A stretch of DNA of 64,000 nucleotides, taken from the NCBI GenBank assembly GCA_963728405.1, contig CAVSJV010000005.1, positions 452,435 to 516,434 of the forward strand, read 5' to 3'. Origin of the DNA: Methanomassiliicoccaceae archaeon. GTDB taxonomy: Archaea > Thermoplasmatota > Thermoplasmata > Methanomassiliicoccales > Methanomassiliicoccaceae. The notes beneath the pieces were generated by a model. That model saw only the letters and a list, made by a program, of their open reading frames with translations. It ran no database searches and had not been told where the DNA came from. Made by a program: the position numbers and the translations under genes. This document shows positions 1 to 11,678 of the stretch, one piece after another (the first letter of the stretch is position 1; the number at the start of each line of letters is the position of its first letter).

Positions 1-75
1 GTGCTTAGCCGCTTCCCTGGCCTTCTGCTCTAGCTGCTTAGTGAGCTGGAGCTGCTTGAGATAATCGCTGGTCAC
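1..75 (-). CDS. N-terminal fragment of a probable coiled-coil protein (runs off the window)
   Basis: GTG at 75 opens (M)TSDYLKQLQLTKQLEQKAREAAKH, a helical Q/K/E-rich sequence with no stop before position 1. Confidence 0.4.
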   Translation of the reverse strand, partial: MTSDYLKQLQLTKQLEQKAREAAKH

Positions 76-174
76 TCTAGGTCCCCGGTCGCCCTTCTCC
101 CTCCGCCCTGAGCGGAGGATTAAGACGGATAAGCTGGCACTGCCTTAAGCATTTGGTTCCCAATCTCTGGCCGC

Positions 175-663
175 TTACTTCTGCAACCCCACGAACGCCA
201 CCCGCTCCAGCACAAGGTCTTCGACCATGTCGGCTGGCACGGCCCGGATCTCGTCATGACTTATACCGAACCGTAGGGCCTTCTCCACCGAGGCCTCCAG
301 GACGTCATCGTCCCGCTCGAATTGAAGGTCCTCGAGGACCTTCACGGGGTTCTCCACGCCGAAGAGCACCACGGCCATGCGTTGGGTACCGATCTTGACC
401 CCCATCTTCTTGACCGCCTTGGAGATCTGTCGTTCGCCCGAGGCATAAAGTATGGTCTCCCCGGCGATCGATGAGGAGACATTATCCCCTCGTTCAAACG
501 CTCTCGTCGCGTGCATCACCGCCGAAGCGAGGTGGTCCCGGCCGCATATCATATCTGCATCCATCGCTAGACCCTCGCCTCCGTCCACATGCTGGAGGGA
601 CCGGACCAACACCTCGGTGTCAGATATCTCGCCCCTAACACCTAGAACATCGATCTTGACCAT
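175..663 (-). CDS. cgi121: KEOPS complex subunit Cgi121
   Basis: C-terminal part of ORF 175..1317: DADMICGRDHL..A..HA.RAF, ETILYASGERQISKAVKKMG, ending VLERVA; start set at MVKIDVLG. Confidence 0.85.
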   Translation of the reverse strand: MVKIDVLGVRGEISDTEVLVRSLQHVDGGEGLAMDADMICGRDHLASAVMHATRAFERGDNVSSSIAGETILYASGERQISKAVKKMGVKIGTQRMAVVLFGVENPVKVLEDLQFERDDDVLEASVEKALRFGISHDEIRAVPADMVEDLVLERVAFVGLQK

Positions 664-847
664 GCTGGACGGCAAACTGCGCCTGGGCATATGATGGTTT
701 CGGCCGCTTGCCCGGTGAGGCCTCCCCTCTCGCAACCCCCGCTTGGTGGAATGGGGCGACGGCCAAAGATGGGAGCAAATGTTTATAATTATCGAAGCTC
801 GTTGGCGCGGCCGTCGATATCCAGTAGGATATCTTGAGGACGATGGC

Positions 848-1783
848 ATGGTCATGGACAAGGTTGTGGTGAGGTCCCCGGCGACCCTTTCCAATTTGGG
901 CTCGGGTTTCGACGTCTTCGGTCTCGCTCTGAGGGAACCGTACGACGAGGTAGGAGCAAGGCGCATCCCCGAACGGAAGGTCGTGATCGAGAAGATCGAA
1001 GGAAGAGGCGCCCCCATCATCACCACCGACCCGGCCCGGAACTCTTCCGGCGTGGCGGCCATGGCCGTCCTGCAGATGGCCGGGGCCGATTTCGGCGTAG
1101 CCCTCACCATTAAGAAAGGCATTCGCCCCTCCTCGGGCATCGGCTCATCGGGCGCTTCGGCCGCAGGGGGCGCCTGCGCGGCGAACCTGCTGCTGGAGAA
1201 GCCGCTGCGACCGGAGGAGCTGGTCTTCTGCGCGGCCAAGGCGGAGCAGACCACCTCGGGGAGCTTCCATGCTGATAATGTCGGGCCGGCGGTGATGGGC
1301 TGTTTCACCATCATCAAGTCTTACGATCCATTCGAGATACTGAGGGTAGATCCGCCAGCCAATCTGGGCGTAGTGGTCACTATGCCTGATTTCCTGGTCA
1401 ACACCCGTGAGGCTCGCAAGGTGCTACCGGCCCAGGTGGACCTTAAGAGCATGATCTTCGAGGTCGGGAACGCATCAGCCCTGGTGTTGGGGATGTGCAA
1501 GGGGGATGTCGACCTGGTCGGCCGAAGCATGATGGACATCATCATCGAACCGGCCCGCACGCGTCTGAACCCGCACCTCAAGGAAGCGGAGGCAGCGGCC
1601 ATGAAGGCCGGCGCAGCCGGCTCGTTCCTGGGCGGCTCGGGACCGTGCGTGATCGCCATATACGATCGCGACAAGGTCGACGGCAATGGCATTGCCGAGG
1701 CGGTGGGCAAGGTGTACGAAGGTCATGGGTTCAAGAGCGAAACCTGGGTTACCACCTGGGGCGAAGGCTGCAGGAGGGTCTGA
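848..1783 (+). CDS. thrB: Homoserine kinase (GHMP family)
   Basis: SPATLSNLGSGFDVFGLA, PSSGIGSSGAS, HADNVGPA, GGSGP motifs; directly upstream of thrC. Confidence 0.95.
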   Translation: MVMDKVVVRSPATLSNLGSGFDVFGLALREPYDEVGARRIPERKVVIEKIEGRGAPIITTDPARNSSGVAAMAVLQMAGADFGVALTIKKGIRPSSGIGSSGASAAGGACAANLLLEKPLRPEELVFCAAKAEQTTSGSFHADNVGPAVMGCFTIIKSYDPFEILRVDPPANLGVVVTMPDFLVNTREARKVLPAQVDLKSMIFEVGNASALVLGMCKGDVDLVGRSMMDIIIEPARTRLNPHLKEAEAAAMKAGAAGSFLGGSGPCVIAIYDRDKVDGNGIAEAVGKVYEGHGFKSETWVTTWGEGCRRV

Positions 1784-1784
1784 A

Positions 1785-2996
1785 ATGCATAAGGTGAAGT
1801 GTTTCGAGTGCGGGAAGGACGTCACGGACCCATTCCTTGATGCCTGCCCGTACTGCGACGGGTTGTTGACCATCGAGATGGACCTGGACGCGGCCTCCGG
1901 CCTCCGACCCTACGACCTGAGGAAGCGGCCAATCGGGGTGTGGCGCTACGCTCCCTTCCTGCCGGTCGACGAGACCCGGGCCGTCAGCCTGCTGGAGGGC
2001 GGCACCCCCCTTTACGACTGTAAGAACCTGGGCAAGCAAGTGGGGGTCAAGCGGCTCCATGTAAAGTACGAGGGAGCGAACCCCACCGGCTCGTTCAAGG
2101 ACCGCGGCATGACCGTCGGTGTCTCGAGAGCCCTGGAGCTGGGTTGCAAGACCGTAGGATGCGCTTCCACAGGGAACACCTCCGCTTCGCTGGCGGCCTA
2201 CGCGGCCAAGGCCGGTCTGCGCGCGGTGGTCCTCCTGCCGTCAGGAAAGGTCGCCGCCGGCAAGTTGGCCCAGGCGATGTTCTACGGCGCCAAGGTGGTG
2301 ATGGTGGACGGCAACTTCGACGAGGCGTTGGCAGTGGTCAAGCAGCTCGCCCGCCAGGGAGAGCTGTACCTGCTCAACAGCGTGAACCCGTACCGCCCGG
2401 AGGGGCAGAAGACCGTGGCGTTCGAGATACTCGACCAGCTGGACTTCGACATCCCCGACCGCATCATCTTGCCAGTGGGGAACGCCGCCAACATCTGGGC
2501 GGTGTACAAGGCGTTCAAGGAGTGGCAGGCCTTGGGGTGGATAGACAGGATCCCCATGCTCACCGGCATCCAGGCCGCCGGCTCTGCCCCCATCGTGAGG
2601 GCGTTCGAGGCCGGCAAGAGGGACTTCATTCCGGAGGAGCACCCTGAGACCGTGGCCACGGCTATACGTATCGGCAATCCGGCCAGCGGCAAGAAGGCGT
2701 TGCAGGCCATCTATGACACCAGAGGCTTCGCTACGTCGGTCACCGATGATGAGATCATCGTGGCGCAAAAGTTGCTCGGGCGGAGCGAAGGGGTCGGCGT
2801 GGAGCCGGCGTCGGCGGCATCGATCGCCGGGTTGATCAAGCTCGTGCACGAGGGTGTGGTCTCCAAGGACGAACGCGTGGTGTGCATCTGCACCGGCAAC
2901 GTGCTCAAGGACCCTGACACGGTGATGAAGTCGTGCGCCGAGATACTGAAGGCGAAGCCGACCGCCGCGGACGTCAAGCGGGTCATCGCCGACTGA
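1785..2996 (+). CDS. thrC: Threonine synthase
   Basis: N-terminal CxxC..CxxC, EGGTPL, NPTGSFKDRG (PLP lysine), CASTGNTSAS, PVGNAAN, EPASA; ATG one base after the thrB stop. Confidence 0.95.
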   Translation: MHKVKCFECGKDVTDPFLDACPYCDGLLTIEMDLDAASGLRPYDLRKRPIGVWRYAPFLPVDETRAVSLLEGGTPLYDCKNLGKQVGVKRLHVKYEGANPTGSFKDRGMTVGVSRALELGCKTVGCASTGNTSASLAAYAAKAGLRAVVLLPSGKVAAGKLAQAMFYGAKVVMVDGNFDEALAVVKQLARQGELYLLNSVNPYRPEGQKTVAFEILDQLDFDIPDRIILPVGNAANIWAVYKAFKEWQALGWIDRIPMLTGIQAAGSAPIVRAFEAGKRDFIPEEHPETVATAIRIGNPASGKKALQAIYDTRGFATSVTDDEIIVAQKLLGRSEGVGVEPASAASIAGLIKLVHEGVVSKDERVVCICTGNVLKDPDTVMKSCAEILKAKPTAADVKRVIAD

Positions 2997-3062
2997 GCCG
3001 GACAAACCCTTTACTCCCTTGATTTAAGGGCATATCTGGCTTTAGCCGACTGCCGGCGATCC

Positions 3063-5285
3063 TTAGAAATCGAACAGGCTCTTCTGCTTTACGTCTCTAG
3101 GTTCTTCCTTCTTGATCTCCAGCACGACCTCCTTGGCCGCTTCCTCCGCTGGTCTGTCCGACCTTCTGGCCAGTTTGCCGGAGGTCACCTGCTCCTTGAG
3201 GCCCTTGGCCATGGCGTCGCCGATCTTGGGGATGCGGGCCAAGCGGACGATGTCGACATCCCTTAACTGGTCGACGTTCCGCACTCCATGGTTGTACAGC
3301 GAACGAGCTCTCGCTCTACCAACGCCTCGAAGCCGCACCAGGTCGAGGAGTTCCGGTTTGACCCCGTAGCGGATGCGGATCATCAGCTCGGTGAGCATGG
3401 GGTAGGCGTCCTTGTTGAAGATGTTGGCCAGCTCGCGCATCGAGTAGATGAGCCACTCCCCCACGTCCACCTTGCTGCGCAGGTCCCCTGGGCCCAGGCC
3501 GTACTTCAAGAGGAGCGCGTCCTCCTCCATCTCCTGTACCCAGTCGTCCAAGGCGCAGGCGGTCTTCAGCTCGGCCAGGTAGAACTCGTACTCGTCGAGG
3601 TCCTCGGGCGGCTTTATCAGCATGTCCTCTTCCCTAGTAAGGAGCAGTTGCTCGACCCACTCGTAGTCGGACCGCTTGAGGTACATGGTCATCATGTCCG
3701 GCGACGAGCAGATCGCGTGCAACAGTCCGAAGTACGAGGAGGTGGGCTTGAACTCCTTCAGTGCGTCCCGCAGCTTCACGGCGGTCAGGGGGTCGATGTA
3801 CAGATCGGAGACCCTGCGACCAAAGAAGGTAGGTTGGATGCGCTTGTCCTCGGTGCGGACCATTCCCTCCTTCTCCAAGAACTCGAGGACATTATCGGAC
3901 GCCTCCTCCAGCCCGATCATGGTGGTCTGATGGGCGAAGAAGGTCGAGTTCATGAAATCCATCAGGGAGTCGCGGGACGAGGCGGTACCGGTGGCGAAGG
4001 TTGCCAGGACATGGGCGCGGAGCACCGGCTCGCTGCCCAGCTTGGAGTAGATGTCCTCCGAGTCGTTGAGCAGGTAGTTGTCCATCAGGAAGCGCATCCC
4101 GTCCTCATCCTTGGCCAGGAGGATCGCTTCCCCGTAGGGGTCGTAGCGCGGACGGCCGGCCCGGCCGCACATCTGCTTGATCTCCAGCACCGGGATGGCG
4201 ACCTTGCCACCGTCCTCGAAGCGGTCCACGTCCCGGATGATGACCCGCCGGGCCGGGAGGTTGATGCCCGCCGCGAGGGTTGGGGTCGCTACGATGCATT
4301 TTATATTCCCTTTCTTGAAGTTCGACTCGACGAACCGGCGCTGCTCGTTGCTGAGGCCGGCGTTATGGAATGCGATGCCCTTGCGAACGCAGGCCGAGAG
4401 CCGCTTACCGATGGAGGTAGGTTCTCCCTGGTCCTCGATGATCTTCTCGTCCCCTTCCAGCTGCTTCTCGACCATCACTTCCTTCATCAGGGGGGCGAAC
4501 TTGGTGGCGAGCGTCTCGGTGGACTTGCGGGTGTTGACGAAGATGAGGCACTGCCCCCCTTCGAGGATGGAATCCTTGACCAAGGCCCACACCGGGTCCT
4601 TGCCAGGAGGGACCTTGCGTTTGGTATTATCGGTGAAGTTCACAGTGCCGTCGAGATACACGCCCTCCTTGAGCGGCGTGGGCCTCCAGGTCGAGGAGAC
4701 GTGCTCGGCGTTCAGCCAGTCTGCGACCTCCTTGGAGTTCTTGATGGTCGCCGATAGTGCGATAATCTGCAGGTCCGGGTTGAACTTGCGGAACTTGGTG
4801 AGGATGATCTCCAGGGTCGGCCCCCGCCCGGGGTCGTGGATGAGGTGGACCTCGTCGGCGATGACCAGAGTGATATGGCTGAGCCAATGGCCCTGATGCC
4901 TCAGCAGAGAGTCCGCCTTCTCGGACGTGGCCACAATGATGTCGAAGTTCTCGAGCTGAGGATCGGGCGAATCGAGGTCCCCTGAGGACATATCGACCTT
5001 CACGCCCAGCTTCTCGAACCGCTTGAGGTCGTCGTACTTTTCGGACGCCAGCGCCCTCAACGGCACGATGTACAGGACCTTCCCGCCCCGCTCCAGGACA
5101 TGTTTGAGCGCTGCAAGATATGCGACCAGGCTCTTGCCAGAGGCGGTCGGTATGGCTAGCATGAGGTTCTTACCCTCCAATGCGTAAGCGATCGCCTTGG
5201 CCTGGGGCGGATACAGCTCGGTGATGCCGTCCTCTTTCAGGACCTCGGCCACGCCCTCCGGAAGATCTAGCTCGCTTACCTTCAT
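3063..5285 (-). CDS. hel308: Hel308/Hjm Ski2-like DNA helicase
   Basis: PTASGKS, DEVH, SAT, TPTLAAGINLPAR, QMCGRAGRP, C-terminal HhH GVGRARAR and PCNA-interacting box QKSLFDF. Confidence 0.95.
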   Translation of the reverse strand: MKVSELDLPEGVAEVLKEDGITELYPPQAKAIAYALEGKNLMLAIPTASGKSLVAYLAALKHVLERGGKVLYIVPLRALASEKYDDLKRFEKLGVKVDMSSGDLDSPDPQLENFDIIVATSEKADSLLRHQGHWLSHITLVIADEVHLIHDPGRGPTLEIILTKFRKFNPDLQIIALSATIKNSKEVADWLNAEHVSSTWRPTPLKEGVYLDGTVNFTDNTKRKVPPGKDPVWALVKDSILEGGQCLIFVNTRKSTETLATKFAPLMKEVMVEKQLEGDEKIIEDQGEPTSIGKRLSACVRKGIAFHNAGLSNEQRRFVESNFKKGNIKCIVATPTLAAGINLPARRVIIRDVDRFEDGGKVAIPVLEIKQMCGRAGRPRYDPYGEAILLAKDEDGMRFLMDNYLLNDSEDIYSKLGSEPVLRAHVLATFATGTASSRDSLMDFMNSTFFAHQTTMIGLEEASDNVLEFLEKEGMVRTEDKRIQPTFFGRRVSDLYIDPLTAVKLRDALKEFKPTSSYFGLLHAICSSPDMMTMYLKRSDYEWVEQLLLTREEDMLIKPPEDLDEYEFYLAELKTACALDDWVQEMEEDALLLKYGLGPGDLRSKVDVGEWLIYSMRELANIFNKDAYPMLTELMIRIRYGVKPELLDLVRLRGVGRARARSLYNHGVRNVDQLRDVDIVRLARIPKIGDAMAKGLKEQVTSGKLARRSDRPAEEAAKEVVLEIKKEEPRDVKQKSLFDF

Positions 5286-5645
5286 CCCATGATCGCCCTT
5301 TCCCTGCCCTGTCGCCTAATGGATGCGAGATAAAGAGACTTTCCATTAGATGCTTCCGGCCGGTCGGTCGAAAGTGCGACCGCATTCGCCCGCGTATTAT
5401 GGCGAGAACGAAAGCCTAGGGTCGGAAAAAATCGATACTGCCCCGGTGGCGGGGAAAGCGGGGCCGCTCACCTCTCCCAGCACTTTTGATTTCTAGAATC
5501 GAAGGATGACGTTCGTTTTTCGGACCCCCTCTTCATGAGGGTGGTTCCTACATGCTGGCTCAATCACAGATTATTTAAACTCGTGGAAACGCTTAATTAG
5601 TGGCACAGGTATGAGTCGATTTAGAATGAGAATAGCAGGTGAATT

Positions 5646-7631
5646 ATGAGTAATGACCAGTCATCTGCCGCGGGACGTGGACTTGACGTCGACGAATGGG
5701 TCGATGCTCAGGGTTTCCAAACTACCGCGGACATCAAGATCCCGGACAAGCTCGCCGACCAGGTCATCGGCCAAGACGCAGCGGTGGCGATCATCAAGAA
5801 GGCCGCCGAGCAGAAGCGTCACGTCATGCTGATCGGTGAGCCCGGTACTGGGAAGTCCATGCTCGCCAAGTCAATGACCGAGTACCTGCCCAAGGGCGAG
5901 CTCCAGGATGTCATCGCATATCACAACGCGGAGGATCCCAACGAGCCCAAGGTCCGGGTCGTCCCGGCCGGCAAGGGCAAGGAGATCGTCACCGCTCAGA
6001 AGAAGGAAGCGATGGCCAAGAAGCAGCAAAAGGCCTCCATGGTCACTTTCATCATATTCATGGTGCTGCTGGTCACCGTGGCGATGTACATCACCATCGA
6101 ACCGCACGACATCAACATCATCCTGGTCGGCATCATCGCCGTGGCCATACTATTCTTCGCCATGCGCTACTCGGGCAATCGGCAAGAGAACTATATGGTG
6201 CCCAAGCTCCTAGTGAGCCATGAGGACGGCGACTCGCCACCATTCATCGACGCTACTGGATCCCACGCCGGTTCCCTGCTGGGCGATGTCAAGCATGATC
6301 CATTCCAAAGCGGCGGGCTGGAGACTCCGGCCCACGAGCGTCTGGAGGTCGGTGCGATCCACAAGGCATCGAAGGGCGTTCTGTTCATCGATGAGATCAA
6401 CATGCTCCGGATCGAGAGCCAGCAGAGCCTGCTGACTGCCCTTCAAGAGGGCAAGTTCTCTATCACCGGGCAGAGCGAGAGGTCCTCGGGAGCGATGGTC
6501 AAGTCGGAATCGGTTCCCTGTGACTTCATCCTGGTGTGCGCCGGTAACCTCGATGCTATCCAGGGCATGCACCCTGCGCTGCGGTCCCGCATCAGGGGCT
6601 ACGGCTATGAGGTGTTCATGCGCTCGACCATGCCAGACACCTCCGAGAACCGCATCAAGCTCGTTCGCTTCGTCGCCCAGGAAGTGGCCAAGGACAAGAA
6701 GATCCCCCACTTCGACCGTAGGGCCGTCGGAGAGATCGTCAAGGAGGCCCAGAGGCGTGCAGGCCGGCATGGCCGCCTGACCCTGAGGCTCCGCGAGCTC
6801 GGTGGTCTGGTCCGCGTGGCCGGGGACATCGCCAGGGAGAAACAGAAGCCCCTGGTGACCGTTGAGATGGTCGTCGAGGCCAAGCTCATCGCCCGAAGCC
6901 TGGAACAGCAGATCGCCGACCGCTACCTCGAGTCCCGTCAGGAGTACAAGACCTTCGTGACCGAGGGCGAAGAGGTCGGGGTCGTCAACGGTCTCGCGGC
7001 GCTCAACACGGCGTCCTCGATGTCCGAGTATTCCGGCATCGTGCTGCCCATAGTGGCCGAGGTCACCCCCGCCCAAACGAAGTCGGGCGGCAGGATCATC
7101 GCCACCGGCAAGCTGGGCGAGATCGCCAAGGAAGCGGTGTCGAACGTCTCCGCCCTGATCAAGAAGTACACCGGGGAGGATATCTCCAACCACGATGTCC
7201 ATGTGCAGTTCGTCGGCACCTATGAGGGCGTGGAGGGCGACTCGGCATCCATCAGTGTCGCCACCGCGGTCATATCGGCGTTCGAGGATGTGCCGGTCGA
7301 TCAGAGCCTGGCCATGACCGGTTCGCTGTCGGTCCGCGGTCAAGTGCTGCCGGTCGGCGGCGTCACCGCCAAGATCGAGGCGGCCTGCGAGGCCGGGCTG
7401 AAGCGCGTGCTCATTCCCAAGGCCAACATGAGGGACGTGGTGCTCGAGGAGCGCTATATCGGCAAGATCGAGATCGTGCCGGTGGAGACCCTCGGCGATG
7501 TCCTAGAGAAGGCGCTGATCGGAGGGGTCAGGAAGGAGAGCCTCCTAAAGAAGCTCGCCATCCTGGTGGACAAGGGCAACAAGCCCTCCATGCACACCCC
7601 CGTCACGCCCAGCCGGCCAACGGTTCAGTGA
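5646..7631 (+). CDS. lonB: Archaeal ATP-dependent protease LonB
   Basis: GEPGTGKS, two TM helices inserted in the AAA domain, LFIDE, EGDSAS (catalytic Ser), VGGVTAK (catalytic Lys). Confidence 0.95.
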   Translation: MSNDQSSAAGRGLDVDEWVDAQGFQTTADIKIPDKLADQVIGQDAAVAIIKKAAEQKRHVMLIGEPGTGKSMLAKSMTEYLPKGELQDVIAYHNAEDPNEPKVRVVPAGKGKEIVTAQKKEAMAKKQQKASMVTFIIFMVLLVTVAMYITIEPHDINIILVGIIAVAILFFAMRYSGNRQENYMVPKLLVSHEDGDSPPFIDATGSHAGSLLGDVKHDPFQSGGLETPAHERLEVGAIHKASKGVLFIDEINMLRIESQQSLLTALQEGKFSITGQSERSSGAMVKSESVPCDFILVCAGNLDAIQGMHPALRSRIRGYGYEVFMRSTMPDTSENRIKLVRFVAQEVAKDKKIPHFDRRAVGEIVKEAQRRAGRHGRLTLRLRELGGLVRVAGDIAREKQKPLVTVEMVVEAKLIARSLEQQIADRYLESRQEYKTFVTEGEEVGVVNGLAALNTASSMSEYSGIVLPIVAEVTPAQTKSGGRIIATGKLGEIAKEAVSNVSALIKKYTGEDISNHDVHVQFVGTYEGVEGDSASISVATAVISAFEDVPVDQSLAMTGSLSVRGQVLPVGGVTAKIEAACEAGLKRVLIPKANMRDVVLEERYIGKIEIVPVETLGDVLEKALIGGVRKESLLKKLAILVDKGNKPSMHTPVTPSRPTVQ

Positions 7632-8715
<1,084 letters not shown>

Positions 8716-8728
<13 letters not shown>

Positions 8729-8857
8729 GCACAGCTCCGCCGGCTCAGGGTGATCAGGAACGCCACGATGCCTCCCCCGACGATCGCCCCGATCCCGATG
8801 TCGGTGGCGGCGAACAGCCCCCTGCTCCGCTTCAGCTCGCTCTTCCGTGTCGTTCAT
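8716..8857 (-). pseudogene. Short remnant resembling the N-terminus of an APC-family amino-acid permease
   Basis: The frame one base off ATG 8857 reads SELKRSRGLFAATDIGIGAIVGGGIV, like the APC TM1 consensus, then stops after ~45 codons. Confidence 0.45.
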
Positions 8858-8935
8858 TAATATCTGAGCCAGGCATTAATTAGATCCGGGGCTCGGAACG
8901 GCACGTTCATATGCTTCGGGTGCTGAAAAGGGACC

Positions 8936-9295
8936 GTGGCCGTCGAGCGGGTGGAACGGATCATCATCCAGCGTATCGCGATGCTCGAGCAGAGCAATCC
9001 CGAGCTTAACACCGAATGGGCCATCATAAACGATGACTGGGGCCTCATATCCGTCAGCCAGGGGGAGGAGCTCATCGGCTTCGAATACGTCGAATCGGAG
9101 ATATCCTGGGCCCGTCCGGAGAGGGTAAAGGTCTACGAGGAGACGTTGAAGCAAGGGTTGAGCGTCGTTGTCATCGTTCCCGAGGAAGTGTTCCTGGAGA
9201 TGAGGGAACGGGTCGCCTTGGTGCTGGGCCGGCGGGCGCCGGAGGTGCTGAGCTATGACAGCATCGGCATCACTGCCCTGCCTCGGCCCTCTTGA
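8936..9295 (+). CDS. Hypothetical protein (119 aa)
   Basis: Protein-like composition; fills the gap and abuts the convergent gene at 9296. Confidence 0.6.
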   Translation: MAVERVERIIIQRIAMLEQSNPELNTEWAIINDDWGLISVSQGEELIGFEYVESEISWARPERVKVYEETLKQGLSVVVIVPEEVFLEMRERVALVLGRRAPEVLSYDSIGITALPRPS

Positions 9296-9985
9296 TCAGG
9301 CCAGGGAGGCGCGGAGGAACGGCTCCCACAGGGAGTCCAACGATCCAACGATCCTGTCGGTGAGGTCGCCCGGCAGGTCCTTTCTGCTGAAACCGACGGT
9401 GAAGGCGGCTCGGCGGCCCCAGCGAGGCTCTTGGGTGATGTGAGCATCATCGTCTCCTTCCAGGTTCAGGTCCGAGCCGTACACCGAGGTCATGTATATG
9501 TTCCCGGCCAGCGCCCGGTCGGTCTGCTCCCTGACCGCCGGCTCGTTAAGCGCTTGGACGCAGGGGCTTTCGTCCTCGACCTGTGGACCAAAACGCAGTC
9601 CGAACTCCACGACCCTTCGTACTGGCGGAACGGGCGTCCCGATGTACAGGTACAGGAGCGGGGATCGGCCGGCGTCCCTGCCCTTGAGGCGGACCCGGGC
9701 CCCGATGTCGGTATCGACCTTGCCGTTGAAGATCAATGGTCTGGGCTCGACGATGAACCGGTCCTCGCTCTTGGACCTCAAGAAGGCCTCGAGCACATCG
9801 GAAACTAGCTCCTCGGGGCGCCGGTCCCACTTCATAAGGAAGCGCTCCACCTGCCCGAGGGTCCTACGGTCCAGCACCTCCTTGGTCTCTGGATCGCCAT
9901 CATTACGGCGCTCGGCAGGGATGTGGAACAGCGGCTCGGTAAGTTCCAGAATATCATGGACGCCCCGGTCGAGTTGGTGGTCCAT
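9296..9985 (-). CDS. Hypothetical protein (229 aa)
   Basis: Protein-like ORF with GGAG upstream; no motif recognised. Confidence 0.65.
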   Translation of the reverse strand: MDHQLDRGVHDILELTEPLFHIPAERRNDGDPETKEVLDRRTLGQVERFLMKWDRRPEELVSDVLEAFLRSKSEDRFIVEPRPLIFNGKVDTDIGARVRLKGRDAGRSPLLYLYIGTPVPPVRRVVEFGLRFGPQVEDESPCVQALNEPAVREQTDRALAGNIYMTSVYGSDLNLEGDDDAHITQEPRWGRRAAFTVGFSRKDLPGDLTDRIVGSLDSLWEPFLRASLA

Positions 9986-10097
9986 CGGTCAAGCTCCGAC
10001 CGCCCGTAAGCATTTAGGCGTGATAATGCTTCCATCGGGGAGGGGTGGAAAACTTCAATATCTTGCCATCTGATATGCCGTCATTCTGGTGCATGGG

Positions 10098-10937
10098 ATG
10101 GGATCAATAGCGAAGAGCATACCGACCGGGGTAGCCGATTTCGACTCGATAATCAAGGGCGGATTTCCCGCCGGCTCGGTCGTACTTCTGGTAGGTGACA
10201 TCGGCGCGGGGCAGATGGAGTTCGCCCTGACCTCGGCGGCCAAGCTGGCCATGGTCAAGGAGAACCCGGAGAGCGTCGCGTTCATGCTGGGCGCCGGCAA
10301 GGACTCTCGGCTTCCGGAGAAGATATGCTACATCACCTTCTCCCGCTCCCGGGATGAAGTATTGGCGGAACTGCAGAGCGCGTTCAACGGGGACTTCTAC
10401 GATGCGTTCGAACGCCTGGTAAAGTTCAAGGACTTCTCGTCCGCCTACTTCCGCAAGACCATGGTGCCGCGTTCATGGGCCGGAGAGGCCAGCTCGATCT
10501 TCGCCTCCGGCGGCTCTTCCGACAACATCCTCGAGGAACTGGTCAATTACCTGGACGAGAACGCCCCTGGCTCGATGATAGTCATCGACTCGCTAACGGA
10601 CCTGGTCGTCAGCGCCAACATCGAGATCACCGACCTGATCGCCGTCCTTCGCGGCATGCAGAGGGTGGCCAAGAAGTGGGGCGGGGTCGTTTATCTCGTT
10701 CTGACGAACAACGTCCTGGATGAGAAGAAGCAGCGGATGATCATGGATTCGGTGGACGGTTCCCTGGTGTTCGAATGGAGCCGGTACGCCAACTCCTCCA
10801 GGCGGCAGCGCTACATCTATGTGGAGAAGTTCATCTCCCTGATGCCCCACCTGGACAAGGAAAGGATCGCCAGGTTCGCAACCGTGGTCACGGCACAGAG
10901 CGGACTGGTGGTCATCGACACCGAAAGGATCGCGTGA
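10098..10937 (+). CDS. KaiC/RAD55-like RecA-superfamily protein with degenerate Walker A
   Basis: IPTGVADFDSIIKGGFPAGS, P-loop position reads GDIGAGQME, Walker B IVIDSL, VDGSLVF. Confidence 0.85.
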   Translation: MGSIAKSIPTGVADFDSIIKGGFPAGSVVLLVGDIGAGQMEFALTSAAKLAMVKENPESVAFMLGAGKDSRLPEKICYITFSRSRDEVLAELQSAFNGDFYDAFERLVKFKDFSSAYFRKTMVPRSWAGEASSIFASGGSSDNILEELVNYLDENAPGSMIVIDSLTDLVVSANIEITDLIAVLRGMQRVAKKWGGVVYLVLTNNVLDEKKQRMIMDSVDGSLVFEWSRYANSSRRQRYIYVEKFISLMPHLDKERIARFATVVTAQSGLVVIDTERIA

Positions 10938-10942
10938 TTGAC

Positions 10943-11638
10943 ATGGATCGGGTGAAGACGGGAATAGAAGGTCTCGATGAGATGTTGGAAGGCGGCCTGC
11001 CCAGGTCACAGGCAGTGGCCGTGATGGGCTCATTCGGTACGGGCAAGACAACGTTCGGGTTGCAGTTCATACAAGAGGGACTGAAGGCCGGGGAGAAGGG
11101 CATTTTCATCAGTCTGGAGGAGGACCAGGAATCGATCCTCAATAACGCTCGCTCCTTCGGCTGGGACCTCCAGCCGTATATCGAGCAGAAGAAACTGGCC
11201 ATTGTTAAACTGGAGCCGACCGACGCCAAGACGACCATCACCCGCATCAAGAGCGAGCTGCCCGAGTTCATCAAGTCGTTCGGAGCGTCCCGCATCGTGC
11301 TTGATTCGGTGTCCCTGCTCAACCTGCTCTTCGACACCGACCACGAGAAGCGAACGAACCTCTTCAACCTCATCCAGATGATCAAGAGGACCGGGGCGAC
11401 CTGTTTGATGACCGCGGAGGTCAGGGACGACAACCCCAACGCTTCGAGGGACGGTCTGATCGAGTACGCCGTGGATGGCGTCATCGCCCTGCGCTACGAG
11501 GAGCTGAAGGAGAAGGCCGAGATCCAGCTCACCGTCCGGGTGATGAAGATGCGCCGCATCCAACATTCCCGGCGGGTTAAGCCGTACGCCATCACCGGTA
11601 AGGGCATCGAGGTCCACGCGGCGGCAGAGGCGTTCTAG
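10943..11638 (+). CDS. KaiC/RAD55-like ATPase
   Basis: VKTGIEGLDEMLEGGLP, GSFGTGKTT, ISLEE, IVLDS, VDGVI, KMR. Confidence 0.9.
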   Translation: MDRVKTGIEGLDEMLEGGLPRSQAVAVMGSFGTGKTTFGLQFIQEGLKAGEKGIFISLEEDQESILNNARSFGWDLQPYIEQKKLAIVKLEPTDAKTTITRIKSELPEFIKSFGASRIVLDSVSLLNLLFDTDHEKRTNLFNLIQMIKRTGATCLMTAEVRDDNPNASRDGLIEYAVDGVIALRYEELKEKAEIQLTVRVMKMRRIQHSRRVKPYAITGKGIEVHAAAEAF

Positions 11639-11678
11639 TCGGGCCGACAGGATGAATAGGCGGGGGTCGGAACTCTAG

